Shown here: positions 1 to 8,986 of the stretch, one piece after another | How the letters are laid out: every line of letters starts with the position of its first letter | How positions within the stretch are numbered: position 1 is the first letter of the stretch | NCBI GenBank assembly: GCA_024637145.1 | Contig: JAGXFQ010000039.1 | Location: 2,860-66,859 of the forward strand | Direction of reading: 5' to 3' | Length of the DNA: 64,000 nucleotides | From: Desulfobulbaceae bacterium | GTDB taxonomy: Bacteria; Desulfobacterota; Desulfobulbia; Desulfobulbales; SURF-16 | Program-made: the position numbers and the translations under genes | Notes under the pieces: generated by a model | The model's database searches: none | What the model was told of the DNA's origin: nothing | Seen by the model: only the letters and a program-made list of their open reading frames with translations

Positions 1-147
1 GTAAATTAAAAAAAAATTGAGTGGGGGGTAATCACCCGCCTTGCTTGCCCGGCCTGCTTTCAGGGGCTTTGAGTTCCAGCGGGCAGCGTCCTTTTCTTAT
101 TGCATCTTTGTTTTACATTGATAAAAGCATAATGATAAACTGCAGCC

Positions 148-1467
148 ATGCGTTACTTGACCAGAGGTCTTTTTTGGATAGCAGTCTATCTGGGCCTGGC
201 CTTGTTCCCGTGCCTGGCACTTCTCAGCGGCAACATGCCGCCAGGCTACGGCTACTGGTGGGATTTTTCCCTGGCCCTGGGCTATGGGTCGGCATCCATG
301 ATGGCCATTATGTTTTTTCTTACCGCCAGATTCAAAAGGCCGGCCCTGCCCTTTGGCGTTGATGTCATCTATTACTTCCACAAGTATATCGCCCTGCTGC
401 TTTTTCTTATTGTCGCTGCGCATCCGGCAATTCTTCTTGCCACCGAGCCGGTTGTCCGGGAAATGCTTAAACCGGCACAGATCAACAGATACATGGCAGC
501 GGGAGTGGTCTCTTTCCTTCTGCTGACACTGATTGTTGTTTCCTCGCTGTGGCGCAAGCAGCTGAATATCCCCTACGATACCTGGCGCCTGATCCACGCC
601 CTGTTAGCGATTGCCGCCTTCATCCTTGCCCTGATCCATATTGAAGGAGCAGGATATTATATCAACACCCCGGGCAAACGCCTGATCTGGCCGCTGATCA
701 TGGTATGCTGGCTGCTCATCCAGCTTTATGTGCGCCTTATCAGGCCCCTGAGGCTGTTGAGCACTCCTTACCGGGTCAAAGAAGTTATCAAGGAAAGCGA
801 CGAGGTGTACACCCTGGTTGTGGAGCCCCGGCAGCATGAGATCCCTGCCTATAAACCAGGCCAGTTTGCCTGGCTCACCATGTTTTATTCACCCTTCAGC
901 ATGAAAGAGCACCCCTTTTCCTTTTCTTCCAATCCGGAACAAAAGGGCGAACTGCGTTTCACCATCAAGGAGCTTGGTGATTTCACCAAACGTATTAAGG
1001 AGGCCGGGCCGGGCCAGACGGTCTATATCGACGGTCCCTATGGCGCCTTCACTATTGACCGGCATCCTGCGGAGCGCGGCTCTGTTTTTATTGCGGGAGG
1101 GATCGGTATCGCTCCCCTCAGGAGCATGCTCAGGGCCTTGGCGGACAGAAAGGATCAGCGACCTCACATCCTGTTTTTCGCCGACAAATCGCTGGAGAAG
1201 ATGACCTTTTATGAAGAGCTGAAGGCGCTTCCGGATCAACTGAATCTGCAGGTGGTTTTTCTGCCGCAACATCCCCCGGCGAACTGGCCAGGCGAGACTG
1301 GTTATTTAAACCGGGAGATTTTAACCCGTCATCTGCCGGCTCATCTCTCGGAACTGGATTACTTTATCTGTGGACCGGCACCTCTGATGGATATGGCTGA
1401 AAAAGAGTTGCACGCCATGGGAGTCCCCCTGCAGAATCTGCACTCGGAACTGTTCGATTTTGTCTGA
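148..1467 (+). CDS. Ferric-reductase/NOX-family flavocytochrome (heme-binding TM domain fused to FAD/NAD(P)H-binding module)
   Basis: 439-aa ORF. The hydrophobic N-half has two His pairs, each spaced 14 residues apart in adjacent helices (H78/H92 in YYFHKY..AAHP; H150/H164 in LIHALL..LIHIEG). The C-half has HPFSFSS (FAD), GPYG, AGGIGIAP (NAD(P)H) and FICGP motifs typical of the FNR-like module of NOX/FRE enzymes. Confidence 0.8.
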   Translation: MRYLTRGLFWIAVYLGLALFPCLALLSGNMPPGYGYWWDFSLALGYGSASMMAIMFFLTARFKRPALPFGVDVIYYFHKYIALLLFLIVAAHPAILLATEPVVREMLKPAQINRYMAAGVVSFLLLTLIVVSSLWRKQLNIPYDTWRLIHALLAIAAFILALIHIEGAGYYINTPGKRLIWPLIMVCWLLIQLYVRLIRPLRLLSTPYRVKEVIKESDEVYTLVVEPRQHEIPAYKPGQFAWLTMFYSPFSMKEHPFSFSSNPEQKGELRFTIKELGDFTKRIKEAGPGQTVYIDGPYGAFTIDRHPAERGSVFIAGGIGIAPLRSMLRALADRKDQRPHILFFADKSLEKMTFYEELKALPDQLNLQVVFLPQHPPANWPGETGYLNREILTRHLPAHLSELDYFICGPAPLMDMAEKELHAMGVPLQNLHSELFDFV

Positions 1468-1481
1468 CCAGAGAGGTCTTC

Positions 1482-1574
1482 ATGCGCGAAATGCTTGCTA
1501 AAACCCTGGCGGTCTTGACAGCGGTGATGATCATTTTCCTGGCCGCGGCCTTTGCCTTTATCCAGAACGGTTAA
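1482..1574 (+). CDS. Possible 30-aa hydrophobic micro-protein downstream of the NOX-like gene
   Basis: ATG lies 14 nt after the upstream stop, with GAGAGG 5 nt upstream as a possible SD. Translation is MREMLAKTLAVLTAVMIIFLAAAFAFIQNG, a single TM-like helix. It is too short for the ORF track, and there is no homology evidence. Confidence 0.3.
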   Translation: MREMLAKTLAVLTAVMIIFLAAAFAFIQNG

Positions 1575-1695
1575 ACGGCATGTCGGTAGCAGGAATCGCC
1601 AAGGGCAAAGCCCTTGAAACCTGGATTTACCATAACGGCATGGGAATGACGGCTTTTTTGCAAAAGAGTCCGTTCAAAAAAAGCTAAGCAAGGCC

Positions 1696-2397
1696 CTATC
1701 TGTTTTGGTTGCCGTCAGGCGCAAAGCCCTTATCCAGATGGGCACCGACTGTAAAATAATACAGGTCCGTTTCACCTTCAAACCCCAGGTACAAGCCGCT
1801 CAACAGAATCACAATCCTCTCTTCAAAGGGGCTCACCAAGAAACCTTCAATAAGAATATCGCTTCTTTTCCTGGCCAATAAAGTGTCTTGCAAGGTACCC
1901 AGGTCCGCTACCTGCTTTTGGCCTCTTCGCTTGGAACTCAGCCATAATTTGCCATCTCTGATCCATGACTGGTAGTGGTCACCATTGATCTCCGCAGGAA
2001 ATAGCCGCATCTTTTTATCCGCGAGATCCTGAATCCCCCAGCCAAAGAGGAGGGCAGAGGCTTGAGCCTTATCGAATTCTCCCACGTAAAGCTGCTCTGC
2101 CACCTCCTCATCGTTGACCAAGTTAGTGACCACCACCTGGGGGCAATAGCCACAGCCGCCGTTGGCATAGTCAAGAACATAGGCAAAGAGTCCTTCAGGT
2201 GAAAACCCCACCGGCAACAAGGGGTTCTCGTTGAGCCCGAAAGGATAAACTTGACCTTGAGCGCTCGCGGCAGTGCGTGAAGAAATCGGCTGCAATGATT
2301 CCAGAGCCGGATGGATCCCGGTGTCTGCCTGAATGCTGGAAGACAGCCCTGTGAGCCACCACAATAAAGCTAAAATATAGAGATAGAGACGTTTCAT
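1696..2397 (-). CDS. Exported hypothetical protein
   Basis: Track ORF 1696..2559 trimmed to the internal ATG at 2397 (alternative 2403). This gives MKRLYLYILALLWWLTGLSSSIQA, a classical signal peptide. I recognise no family. Confidence 0.6.
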   Translation of the reverse strand: MKRLYLYILALLWWLTGLSSSIQADTGIHPALESLQPISSRTAASAQGQVYPFGLNENPLLPVGFSPEGLFAYVLDYANGGCGYCPQVVVTNLVNDEEVAEQLYVGEFDKAQASALLFGWGIQDLADKKMRLFPAEINGDHYQSWIRDGKLWLSSKRRGQKQVADLGTLQDTLLARKRSDILIEGFLVSPFEERIVILLSGLYLGFEGETDLYYFTVGAHLDKGFAPDGNQNR

Positions 2398-2503
2398 GCT
2401 CATTCCTAAAATCAGGCCCCCTTTTGTTTTACCGGCTGCAAAAGCACCTGCCACTTTGCAACCCGGCTTTATGCAGACGATGCGTTTTGAACTTGAATCT
2501 ACT

Positions 2504-3703
2504 TCAGGTCGGACTGACAGGATTCTTGTGATAGGCGGTACTGGGGGCACCGTCAACATAAATGCCTTCCAGGTAGGAGAGTTTTCGGGGCAACTGTTGC
2601 ACCGTGCCCCGGGTAATCAAGAAGGTTGCTTTCTGCCCGACAGTAAGGGTCCCCAGCCTCTCCATGCCGAAGAATCGGGCGCCATTTTCCGAGGCGCAGT
2701 GGATGGCCTCCTCCAGGCAATAACCGGCCTTGATGAACAATTTCATCTCCTCGACCATTGCCTCGCCATGGAGTATGCCGGCACTGCCGGCGCCGGTTCC
2801 CGTTGCCGTGGTGACGCCCCATTTTCTGGCAAGGCGCAGCTGGGTCAGGTGGGCGGCAAGGGTTTTTTGCCAGAAGGCCTCGGCGCCGGGGAGCGGCTTT
2901 CCCGGCGCCACATAGCGCTGGGAGAAACGGCAACACACAGCACCGCCGGAGCCGGCGCTATCCAAGGCGTTCTTGGCGCGCAGCAGGCTGGGAATCCACA
3001 GCACACCCCTCTTGGCCATTTCCCTCAGATTCTCCTCGCCCATGGCGTATCCCTGTTCTATGGCGTCACAGCCTGCCTCAAGTGCCTCGGCCACCTGCTG
3101 CCGGCCATTGGCCACCACCACCGCCTTTCTGCCACCCTTAGCCTGCAGAATGCGGCCCAGCTCTTCAGGGGTAAGCCCCAGCCAGGAGGCTTCCGGCTCT
3201 TCGATATTGCCGGAATACCCTACCTTAAGGAAATCAAGACCTGCCGCCTTGGCGGCCAGACAATCCTGCCTGCTCCGGCAGAGAGGGCCGGAGGAACGAA
3301 GGTCAATGATGGCCGCCAGCGCCCTCCCCTCTTGATAATCTTTCACCATGTCAAGCATAGCACTGCTGTCGGCAACTCCCAAGACACCATGGGCATGGCA
3401 GTAGCGGCTATGCCGCGCCAGCAGGGCTGACTTTTCAGCAGAGCCGGCCCCGGCGGTGGATAACCGCACCTCCCTGTCCACAGAGGGTGATTGCAACAAA
3501 GAGACGCTGCAGTCAACCAGCGCCGGCACCAGGGTACAGTGCGACAAGTCATCGACTACAGCCCCTGCAGGGCGAGGCACGTCGGCCGCGGCGCCAATGG
3601 CGGCAATAAGGGTATCCTTCACTGCCAGAAAGACGTTCCGGCGCACAGGGGTGCCGCTGCCGTCGATAAAGCGCCCCGCCACTATGAATCGTATTCCGGC
3701 CAT
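2504..3703 (-). CDS. Amidohydrolase-superfamily protein (atypical: no HxH metal motif)
   Basis: 399-aa ORF. It has an N-terminal IVAGRFIDGSG...AIG beta-sandwich pattern and a C-terminal ...AS.NGA.F.G......G.L.VGQKA.F pattern typical of amidohydrolases. The position of the usual G-x-ID-x-HxH reads PALVDCSVSL. Confidence 0.55.
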   Translation of the reverse strand: MAGIRFIVAGRFIDGSGTPVRRNVFLAVKDTLIAAIGAAADVPRPAGAVVDDLSHCTLVPALVDCSVSLLQSPSVDREVRLSTAGAGSAEKSALLARHSRYCHAHGVLGVADSSAMLDMVKDYQEGRALAAIIDLRSSGPLCRSRQDCLAAKAAGLDFLKVGYSGNIEEPEASWLGLTPEELGRILQAKGGRKAVVVANGRQQVAEALEAGCDAIEQGYAMGEENLREMAKRGVLWIPSLLRAKNALDSAGSGGAVCCRFSQRYVAPGKPLPGAEAFWQKTLAAHLTQLRLARKWGVTTATGTGAGSAGILHGEAMVEEMKLFIKAGYCLEEAIHCASENGARFFGMERLGTLTVGQKATFLITRGTVQQLPRKLSYLEGIYVDGAPSTAYHKNPVSPT

Positions 3704-3940
3704 GACATTTGTTTCCTCTCTCTGCGGTCATGCTTGTGCTGAGGGGTAATAAAGTAGCCACGATTTATCGCTGGCCTCAAGGGAAGATAAAAAAGATCCT
3801 TAGCCGGGATAAGACGCCCTTGTCAAGCTTGAGCCCAGAACCCCAGGCCCTTTTCCAGAGCGTGGGTACCCCTAACAAGAGGGCATCTCTTTACAGAGAC
3901 TGTTCTGCATGAAAATATTTACCCTCTGTACTCTCCACAT

Positions 3941-3963
3941 AAAAAAGGGCGCCAAAAGGCGCC
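3941..3963 (-). terminator. Rho-independent terminator (minus strand)
   Basis: GGCGCC(3948-3953)-AAAA-GGCGCC(3958-3963). On the minus strand the hairpin is followed by C + TTTTTT (plus-strand A run 3941-3946). Confidence 0.5.
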
Positions 3964-4578
3964 TGCAAAGGAGAATTTTCAGCGTCTTGCCTAAAAAAGC
4001 GGCGCCGGCCTCCCCTTGGCCACAGATCTCCACACCACAATCTATCCCGATCCTGTTTCCGGAGAGGAGAAAGGGGCCTACTCTGACCTCAATGGTCACT
4101 GGCAGGTCTGGCTGGGCGATGTCATTGCCGTGGCTTTTATTGTCTGAGCTGGCCACCAGATTTTTTGAACGGCTGGGACCCACTGAGTCCTATTGGCCCC
4201 TGAAAAATATTGACCTCTTCTATGGTGACAGGGGCAGCGGCAAGGGGTGAAATCACCAAGGTGCGCCTTTGGGCAACGACTGGCATGGCCAAAAATTCGG
4301 ACCTAAAAAAAAGCGCCGCGCTGCCGGCCACATCTCCATTGATTCCCGCCCTCAGCCGTCACCAAACCCTCCCAGGTTGGCGCAAAAATCCTTATTTCCG
4401 GACACCCCCTCAGCCAGGGCATACACAAGACCCGGAGAAAAGGGGGCACCAACCGGTTCTCCCTTCAGACGGGATAAGGGCGCGCAGAGGAAGCGCCTGT
4501 GGCAATAATGGGCAGGGCAGGCCCAAGGCCCAAACGCGAACGGAAAGTTAATCGCCGTCCTGACTTCTCATTCCCATC

Positions 4579-4830
4579 TTACTTTTTCGCACGATCTTCT
4601 GTCATCTCCGAGGGAATGGGCTTTCCGGTGTCGGTATATTCCGCGTTAACGGAAGCCTTGCCAATGAGGCCGGGCACATTTATGGTCTTCCCTTTCTCCT
4701 GCATAAGGCCCTGCAGTGCATTTTGCAAAGTGGCCATCTCGGAGATGTCCAGCTCTGCCATGATCTCCTGGGCTGATTTCCCTTCGTTAATCAATTCCCA
4801 TAACCTTTTAATCGCAATTTTTTGTTCCAT
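4579..4830 (-). CDS. Small 83-aa protein with helix-turn-helix-like N-terminus
   Basis: Clean ORF with protein-like composition. The segment GKSAQEIMAELDISEMATLQNAL resembles an HTH. No family assignment is possible by eye. Confidence 0.5.
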   Translation of the reverse strand: MEQKIAIKRLWELINEGKSAQEIMAELDISEMATLQNALQGLMQEKGKTINVPGLIGKASVNAEYTDTGKPIPSEMTEDRAKK

Positions 4831-4950
4831 GGCTACTCCTTGGGGCAGTGATTTATTGAGCTCCGTCCTTTTCTATAGAGGTCTGCAATATAAATGCCGA
4901 CGTCTGCCGGAGAGGCGGTGCTCCCCCTTTTCCCGGCTTAAAAGCGCCAG

Positions 4951-4966
4951 TGGTACAAACTTTGCT
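4951..4966 (+). promoter_or_regulatory. Sigma-54-type -24/-12 promoter candidate upstream of the di-heme peroxidase gene
   Basis: TGGTACAAACTTTGCT has GG at 4952-53 and GC at 4964-65, i.e. 10 nt between them. It matches TGGCAC-N5-TTGCW at all but 2 specified positions. It lies 140 nt upstream of the ATG at 5106. A TATAAT hexamer (4970-4975) follows without a good -35. Confidence 0.45.
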
Positions 4967-5105
4967 TTTTATAATTTCAACTGCAAAAGAGGGTGCGGTT
5001 AAAAACTGTCCTACTTGAGGTCATGAATCGGGCAATCCGGGAGTATGTGCAAGGTGGCCTCTCGTGCCGGGATGGAATTATAAAAATGAGAAAAGGAGAA
5101 CTAAA

Positions 5106-6542
5106 ATGAAACAGCAGCGGATGGTTGCCAAAGCACTCATACTTTCCACATCCCTACTCATGGCCGCCGGCCAGGCGCAGGGGGCGGGATACGAAAGTAA
5201 TAAGAAAATGGGTATTCCCGAAGATGTGGACGCGATCCATTCCACCTATCTGCCGGTGATGATCGACAAGGATTTCCAGAGCATGATGAAGATGGACACA
5301 GAAATGAAAAACAAGATCAAGAAGCGGCAGCAGGAGATGTTGGAACGCCGCTATGATCTGAGTAACCGTCCGGCTGACCTGAAGATGTCGGCAGGCAAAA
5401 AAGCCATACAGGAAGGAGTACGGGTAAAGCTTCCCGAGGGAATGAGCTGGGAGAAGCTGAACAACATGACGGCCATGGAGATTCGTGACCAAGGAGTCTT
5501 TCCCGAAGGATTTCTGTCCCTGCCGCATGTCAAGCACGAAACCGGCGGCCAGGTGATTCCCGCTGACCAGATCGATGAGATAACTAAGCTTGAGAAACGT
5601 AATCTTGAGCGCTTTGACGTGGAGTTTGATCTGCCCAAACATTTTCTGCCCGAATTTCCACCGCCGATCTACCTGACCACCAGGCCGGACCTTGGTGACG
5701 TTTCCCAGGGCAAGGTGTTGTCCATCGCGAATTACTACGAAATCATGCACGGGCTCGTCACCCCGGTACAGATGGAAGGTCTGCGGCTACTGCTCACCCC
5801 TTTCCCCCAGCAGCAGTTTAACCAGACCGAGGACAGGAAAGTCAAAGAACCGACCCTGGGAATCGCCTGTTTCGACTGCCACACCAATGGCCACACCAAT
5901 GCGGCTTTTCACCTCAATCCCGACACCCGGCCCCACATAGCACGTCTCCGGCTTGACACCGTCAGCCTCCGGGGCTTGTTTAATCAGCAGATTCACGGCT
6001 CAAAGCGCTCTCTGCGTTCAGTGGAGGATTTCACCGAATTCGAACAGCGCACCGCCTATTTTGATGGCGATCAGGTAACCGCGGCCAAGAAAGGCGTCAA
6101 TCTTCCCGATCGCGCCAGCCAGGTCGCCATGATGGCTCAGATGCAGAATATCCTGGATTTTCCACCGGCCCCTAAACTCGATGTTTTTGGCCGGCTCGAT
6201 CCTGATAAAGCTTCCACCTTGGAACTGCAGGGTGAAGAAATCTTTTTCGGCAAGGGACGTTGCGGCGCATGTCATCCCGCCCCCTTCTACTTGGACAACA
6301 ACATGCACAATCTGAAGGTGGAACGCTTCTACAAGCCCCATATGAGCAACATGAAATGGATTTCCGCGGCCGGCCCCATCAAAACCTTCACCCTGCGCGG
6401 CATCAAGGATTCTCCGCCATATATGCATGATGGCCGACTCCTGACCCTGGAGGATACGGTGGAGTTTTTCAACCTGGTCACCGGTATCGATCTTACCAAA
6501 GAGGAAAAAGAGGCCTTGACCGCCTTTATGCGTTGCCTGTAA
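5106..6542 (+). CDS. Exported di-heme cytochrome c peroxidase-family protein (CCP/MauG-like)
   Basis: Track ORF 5064..6542 trimmed to the ATG at 5106, which has AAAAGGAGAA upstream. It has a signal peptide (MKQQRMVAKALILSTSLLMAAGQAQG) and two CxxCH heme-c sites (CFDCH, CGACH) in the spacing and order typical of the di-heme CCP family. Confidence 0.75.
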   Translation: MKQQRMVAKALILSTSLLMAAGQAQGAGYESNKKMGIPEDVDAIHSTYLPVMIDKDFQSMMKMDTEMKNKIKKRQQEMLERRYDLSNRPADLKMSAGKKAIQEGVRVKLPEGMSWEKLNNMTAMEIRDQGVFPEGFLSLPHVKHETGGQVIPADQIDEITKLEKRNLERFDVEFDLPKHFLPEFPPPIYLTTRPDLGDVSQGKVLSIANYYEIMHGLVTPVQMEGLRLLLTPFPQQQFNQTEDRKVKEPTLGIACFDCHTNGHTNAAFHLNPDTRPHIARLRLDTVSLRGLFNQQIHGSKRSLRSVEDFTEFEQRTAYFDGDQVTAAKKGVNLPDRASQVAMMAQMQNILDFPPAPKLDVFGRLDPDKASTLELQGEEIFFGKGRCGACHPAPFYLDNNMHNLKVERFYKPHMSNMKWISAAGPIKTFTLRGIKDSPPYMHDGRLLTLEDTVEFFNLVTGIDLTKEEKEALTAFMRCL

Positions 6543-6857
6543 GCGGTTTTCATCCTTGACGACTATCTTTCCTGACGGAGGATGGTCGTCAAGACGGACA
6601 AAAATTTCCGGAATTACGAAATTCCGGGGACAATCTCTTGCCGCCCAAGGTACTTTACCGCGCCGGCATGGCCTCAATTGGCCCGCTGAGGACCGCCCCC
6701 GCATCCACACCCCAGGGACCTCACGCTCAAGCAGCTCTTTGGCCAAGATGACCCCGCAGCGATTTTTTTTTGTTGAACCCTTGGCAAGGAAAGGAGATCA
6801 TCGTCTCCCCTGCGCCAAACCAAGAGCTTTTCCTGGTTCACCCTCAGGCCCCAAGAG

Positions 6858-7475
6858 TCAAGGGCGGCCCGGAATCACTTTTTTGAGTAATGAATGCAGG
6901 GGCCATAACCACAACAACGGCACAGCCACCAGATAAAGCAGCAACCAAAGGGGCTGGGAGATCCACTCCCACTCATGGACCTGGGGATTAAAGACCCAAT
7001 TTATATTCTCGGCCGGATCCGTCAGCCCAAAGGTTGCCAGCGTCAGGAGCACGAAAACCACGATGACCGACTTAAAGGAGCGCGGATCGTAGCCCCATTT
7101 CCACAACAACCAGAGCCAGAGCGGCGGCAGGGGGAGATGAAAAAGGGAGAGTCCGCGTAAAAAGAGACTCATCTCCGCATCAAACATATAGGCGGCAACG
7201 CCGAGAAAGGCACTCCCCATGAGCAACTGCCAGATAAAATCGACCATCCAGACCAGCTCAAAAAGCAGGGCGAGAAGCACTATCATGCTATTGAGCAGCC
7301 GACTTTCGCGCCACAGAACAAAGAGGGTCGCAAAGAGCGCCACATCCGAAATCCACAGAAAATGGCGCAGGCCATATTCATACCAGTAGACCGGAAATAA
7401 GAGGGCCACGAATGCGGTGGCAATGAGTTTGACAGCCAGTGGAACCGGCCTGCTTATCGATGGAGAGTATGGCAC
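6858..7475 (-). CDS. Polytopic membrane protein, unknown function
   Basis: 205-aa ORF made almost entirely of hydrophobic, Trp/Leu-rich helices. Roughly 6 TM segments by eye. Confidence 0.6.
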   Translation of the reverse strand: MPYSPSISRPVPLAVKLIATAFVALLFPVYWYEYGLRHFLWISDVALFATLFVLWRESRLLNSMIVLLALLFELVWMVDFIWQLLMGSAFLGVAAYMFDAEMSLFLRGLSLFHLPLPPLWLWLLWKWGYDPRSFKSVIVVFVLLTLATFGLTDPAENINWVFNPQVHEWEWISQPLWLLLYLVAVPLLWLWPLHSLLKKVIPGRP

Positions 7476-7646
7476 GAGAACAACCCCTCTTTAGAGAATT
7501 TACCGGTACCCTGGAGAGAGCGCGAAGGCCGTTCAGGATGCCGGACTTAAGGGCCAGGCCGACAACGCCATCGTCAACAAGATGGGTGTTGACGAAGAAC
7601 GCAAGTGCTGGCCGGGCAATTTAAAAGCACCTGCCCACCGCTCTTC

Positions 7647-7675
7647 TTGACAAGGTCATTCCCCACTCCTAAAAT
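7647..7675 (+). promoter_or_regulatory. Sigma-70-type promoter candidate for the FlaG-like gene
   Basis: TTGACA (7647-7652), a 17-nt spacer, then TAAAAT (7670-7675). It lies about 75 nt upstream of the ATG at 7751. Confidence 0.5.
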
Positions 7676-7750
7676 TATTTTATATTCTGCCTATCATCTA
7701 AACAGCGCAGAGGGCGGATCTGCATAAACTGAGAAAAAAAGAGCAGAGAC

Positions 7751-8986
7751 ATGGCTGTGAGTGGCATTCCCACCAGTTATTCTATTCCGCCTCCGACCCT
7801 TACCAGCCGGGAAAGGGCACCGGTGCGACTTCCTCCCCCTCGGCCTGAAGCGGAGGAGCAGGAACAGGCAGCTGCACCGGTGCTGTCAACAGCGGAGGCC
7901 CTGCAGGACAATGAACTGCTGATTAACGAGATTCTGCGCAACTTGCTGTTTCCCCCTGCAGAGCCGGCAGACATCGGCATCTTCGACACCAGGTCGCCAC
8001 TACTCACCGTGCTGCAGGAGACCGAAGAGCTCTCCCCCCTCCAGCAAAGCGCCCTGCTGGTGAACGACATCCTGCGCAATCTGGGCGTTACCCCGGCCGA
8101 ACCAACGAGCCCCCTGTTGATCGATAACATGCCGGCCGCCCTGGAGGCCGCGGAAATAATCGAGGATCTGTCCCCCATCCAGCAGAATCTCTATTATGTC
8201 AACGAAACTCTGCTGGATCTTGGTTTCAGGCCCCCCCTTGGTCAGCCACAGCTACCGCCCGGACCCTTTCCTGTCACCATGGCGACCCAAGAGGAAATAA
8301 TCCCCGCAATGACAGCGGCAGGCGCCACGGCTGCCCCCCCCATTCTCGCCCTCACCCTGGCGCGCCAAGAACCTGTCATCATCACCCCGGTTACTCTCCC
8401 AGCGACGGCTCCCCCTGGGGCCGTTCCCCCTTCAGAGCCCGGAGAAGAGGCGGGTTTAACGGCCAGGGGAATATTCATGCGCCAAGAGATCACCCCCGCA
8501 ACCCTGCCTATAAGCCTTTTTCCAGAAAGAATTCCTTACGTGTTTGCTGTGTATATAATCGATAATCCCACCCCAGGGCCAAGTCTGATGGGGGAACCCC
8601 TTGATGTGGAGCTGCCGCCGCCCACCGCCATCACCAAAATAAGGGCGGTGGGCCAAGCGCGTCTCAGACAGGCCCACTTTCGTGAAAGGGGTGGTGAACA
8701 AAGCGGAAATATCGAATATAATGAGCCCCCGGTTACGGCCGGCCAGGTGGCAAAATCCATCCGCCATTCCCTTGACCTGATTAATGGGGAGCTGGCGGCA
8801 CAGAACAAGCCTTTTCATCTTGTTTTTGCCAGACACGACAATGACTTTGGCCTGGATCTGTATGACTGTTCTGCCAGCGATGCCTGCCGGAAGACGTATG
8901 AGGTCCCCATTCCCCTCGACAATCTGGCTGGGATGCTCGCCAAGATGGAGCACAAAACCGGAATTATCATCGACACTGATTCGTAA
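7751..8986 (+). CDS. Pro-rich repeat protein with C-terminal FlaG-like domain
   Basis: 411-aa ORF. The C-terminus FHLVFARHDNDFGLDLYDCSASDACRKTYEVPIPLDNLAGMLAKMEHKTGIIIDTDS follows the FlaG pattern (L.F..h......V.v.D..t.e.iR.iP.e..l.....m....G...D). The N-half has about 2.5 tandem repeats of about 46 aa (LLINEILRNL..PAEP..SPLQQ). Confidence 0.6.
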   Translation: MAVSGIPTSYSIPPPTLTSRERAPVRLPPPRPEAEEQEQAAAPVLSTAEALQDNELLINEILRNLLFPPAEPADIGIFDTRSPLLTVLQETEELSPLQQSALLVNDILRNLGVTPAEPTSPLLIDNMPAALEAAEIIEDLSPIQQNLYYVNETLLDLGFRPPLGQPQLPPGPFPVTMATQEEIIPAMTAAGATAAPPILALTLARQEPVIITPVTLPATAPPGAVPPSEPGEEAGLTARGIFMRQEITPATLPISLFPERIPYVFAVYIIDNPTPGPSLMGEPLDVELPPPTAITKIRAVGQARLRQAHFRERGGEQSGNIEYNEPPVTAGQVAKSIRHSLDLINGELAAQNKPFHLVFARHDNDFGLDLYDCSASDACRKTYEVPIPLDNLAGMLAKMEHKTGIIIDTDS

